Shown here: one piece after another, positions 63,284 through 64,000 of the stretch
Layout of the letters: each line of letters opens with the position of its first letter
Position numbering within the stretch: the first letter of the stretch is position 1
NCBI RefSeq assembly: GCF_001194135.2
Contig: NC_069004.1
Span: 7,513,758-7,577,757, forward strand
Direction: 5' to 3'
DNA length: 64,000 nucleotides
DNA from: Octopus bimaculoides
Taxonomy: Eukaryota
Translations under genes and position numbers: made by a program
The notes under the pieces: generated by a model
What the model was told of the DNA's origin: nothing
Seen by the model: only the letters and a program-made list of their open reading frames with translations
Database searches by the model: none

Positions 63284-64000
63284 AATTTTTTAATTGATAA
63301 ATAATTATATTATATCATTATAAAATCAGTTTTCTGCAGCTGAATACATAAATCTTACAATCAAGGACATTTAAAATAATTCATAAATGTAACTTAAAAC
63401 CACGGTGACATACATATTAAAGAAGGGCCCTTGATCCACTAGCCCCATGAACTTTTCTTCCTAGTTAATTATATTCTAATTCGTTTACTCATATCTTTAC
63501 AATGTTTGTGTATTTAAGGCTATTATGACTTGAACGAAACAATTATGTAACAGATTAATTTAACACCCTAGGCTTATTAACACCTTATACATTAATTTTA
63601 TTGATAATCCTTTTCTTCCTAGTAGTATCCACCATACCCGTAGCTTACTTCATGCACCTATTTCAACCAAGCTGAAATTACGAATAAATGCTAGCTATAA
63701 ACGATTAGTCGTCGGTTGACTGATATGAATCTAGTTAATCCTCTCTTTGCCTTTGTATACTACGAATCATTATAATCCATTCTGGAATATTACATCTTCT
63801 TCATTGCTATATCATTATTATAATATGACTTACCTTGCTTGTTACTCAAGTGTTCTTTAATATATCGTATTTATAATACTCTCTCGAGATTTGACGATTT
63901 ATAACATATAACGTGAAGCTAATTATTCTATGTCTTTAGAGTATTAATCTATGATAGGAAATTTACTCATTCTATTTCTTCTTCGTTTCGTTGGAGTCTT

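Overview
Eukaryotic, AT-rich, repeat-saturated genomic DNA with about 19 N-gaps, almost all bordered by microsatellites, as expected from a short-read assembly. The SINE and transposon complement points to an octopod cephalopod, most likely Octopus (inference from recalled repeat families, not from a search). I cannot support any intact protein-coding gene, rRNA, true tRNA or CRISPR array. Nearly all long ORFs in the track are microsatellite or N-gap artefacts. The window holds: (i) dozens of tRNA-derived SINE copies in at least four families, labelled A-D here; (ii) decayed DNA transposons (mariner D,D34D-type, a maT/DD37D-like deletion derivative, mariner MITEs, hAT-like MITEs, a possible MULE); (iii) LINE fragments (L1/Tx1-like ORF1 and ORF2 zinc finger, R4/Dong-like restriction-like endonuclease, RTE-like AP endonuclease); (iv) Penelope-like GIY-YIG remnants. 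The most notable observation is four unrelated type I minimal hammerhead ribozyme motifs (9810-9855, 19317-19397, 49683-49745, 61208-61244). One of them sits inside a roughly 290-nt element that starts with a tRNA-like Pol III head (9729-10020, minus strand), which suggests a ribozyme-bearing SINE/retrozyme possibly mobilised by Penelope-like elements. A few weak candidate exons are listed at low confidence.
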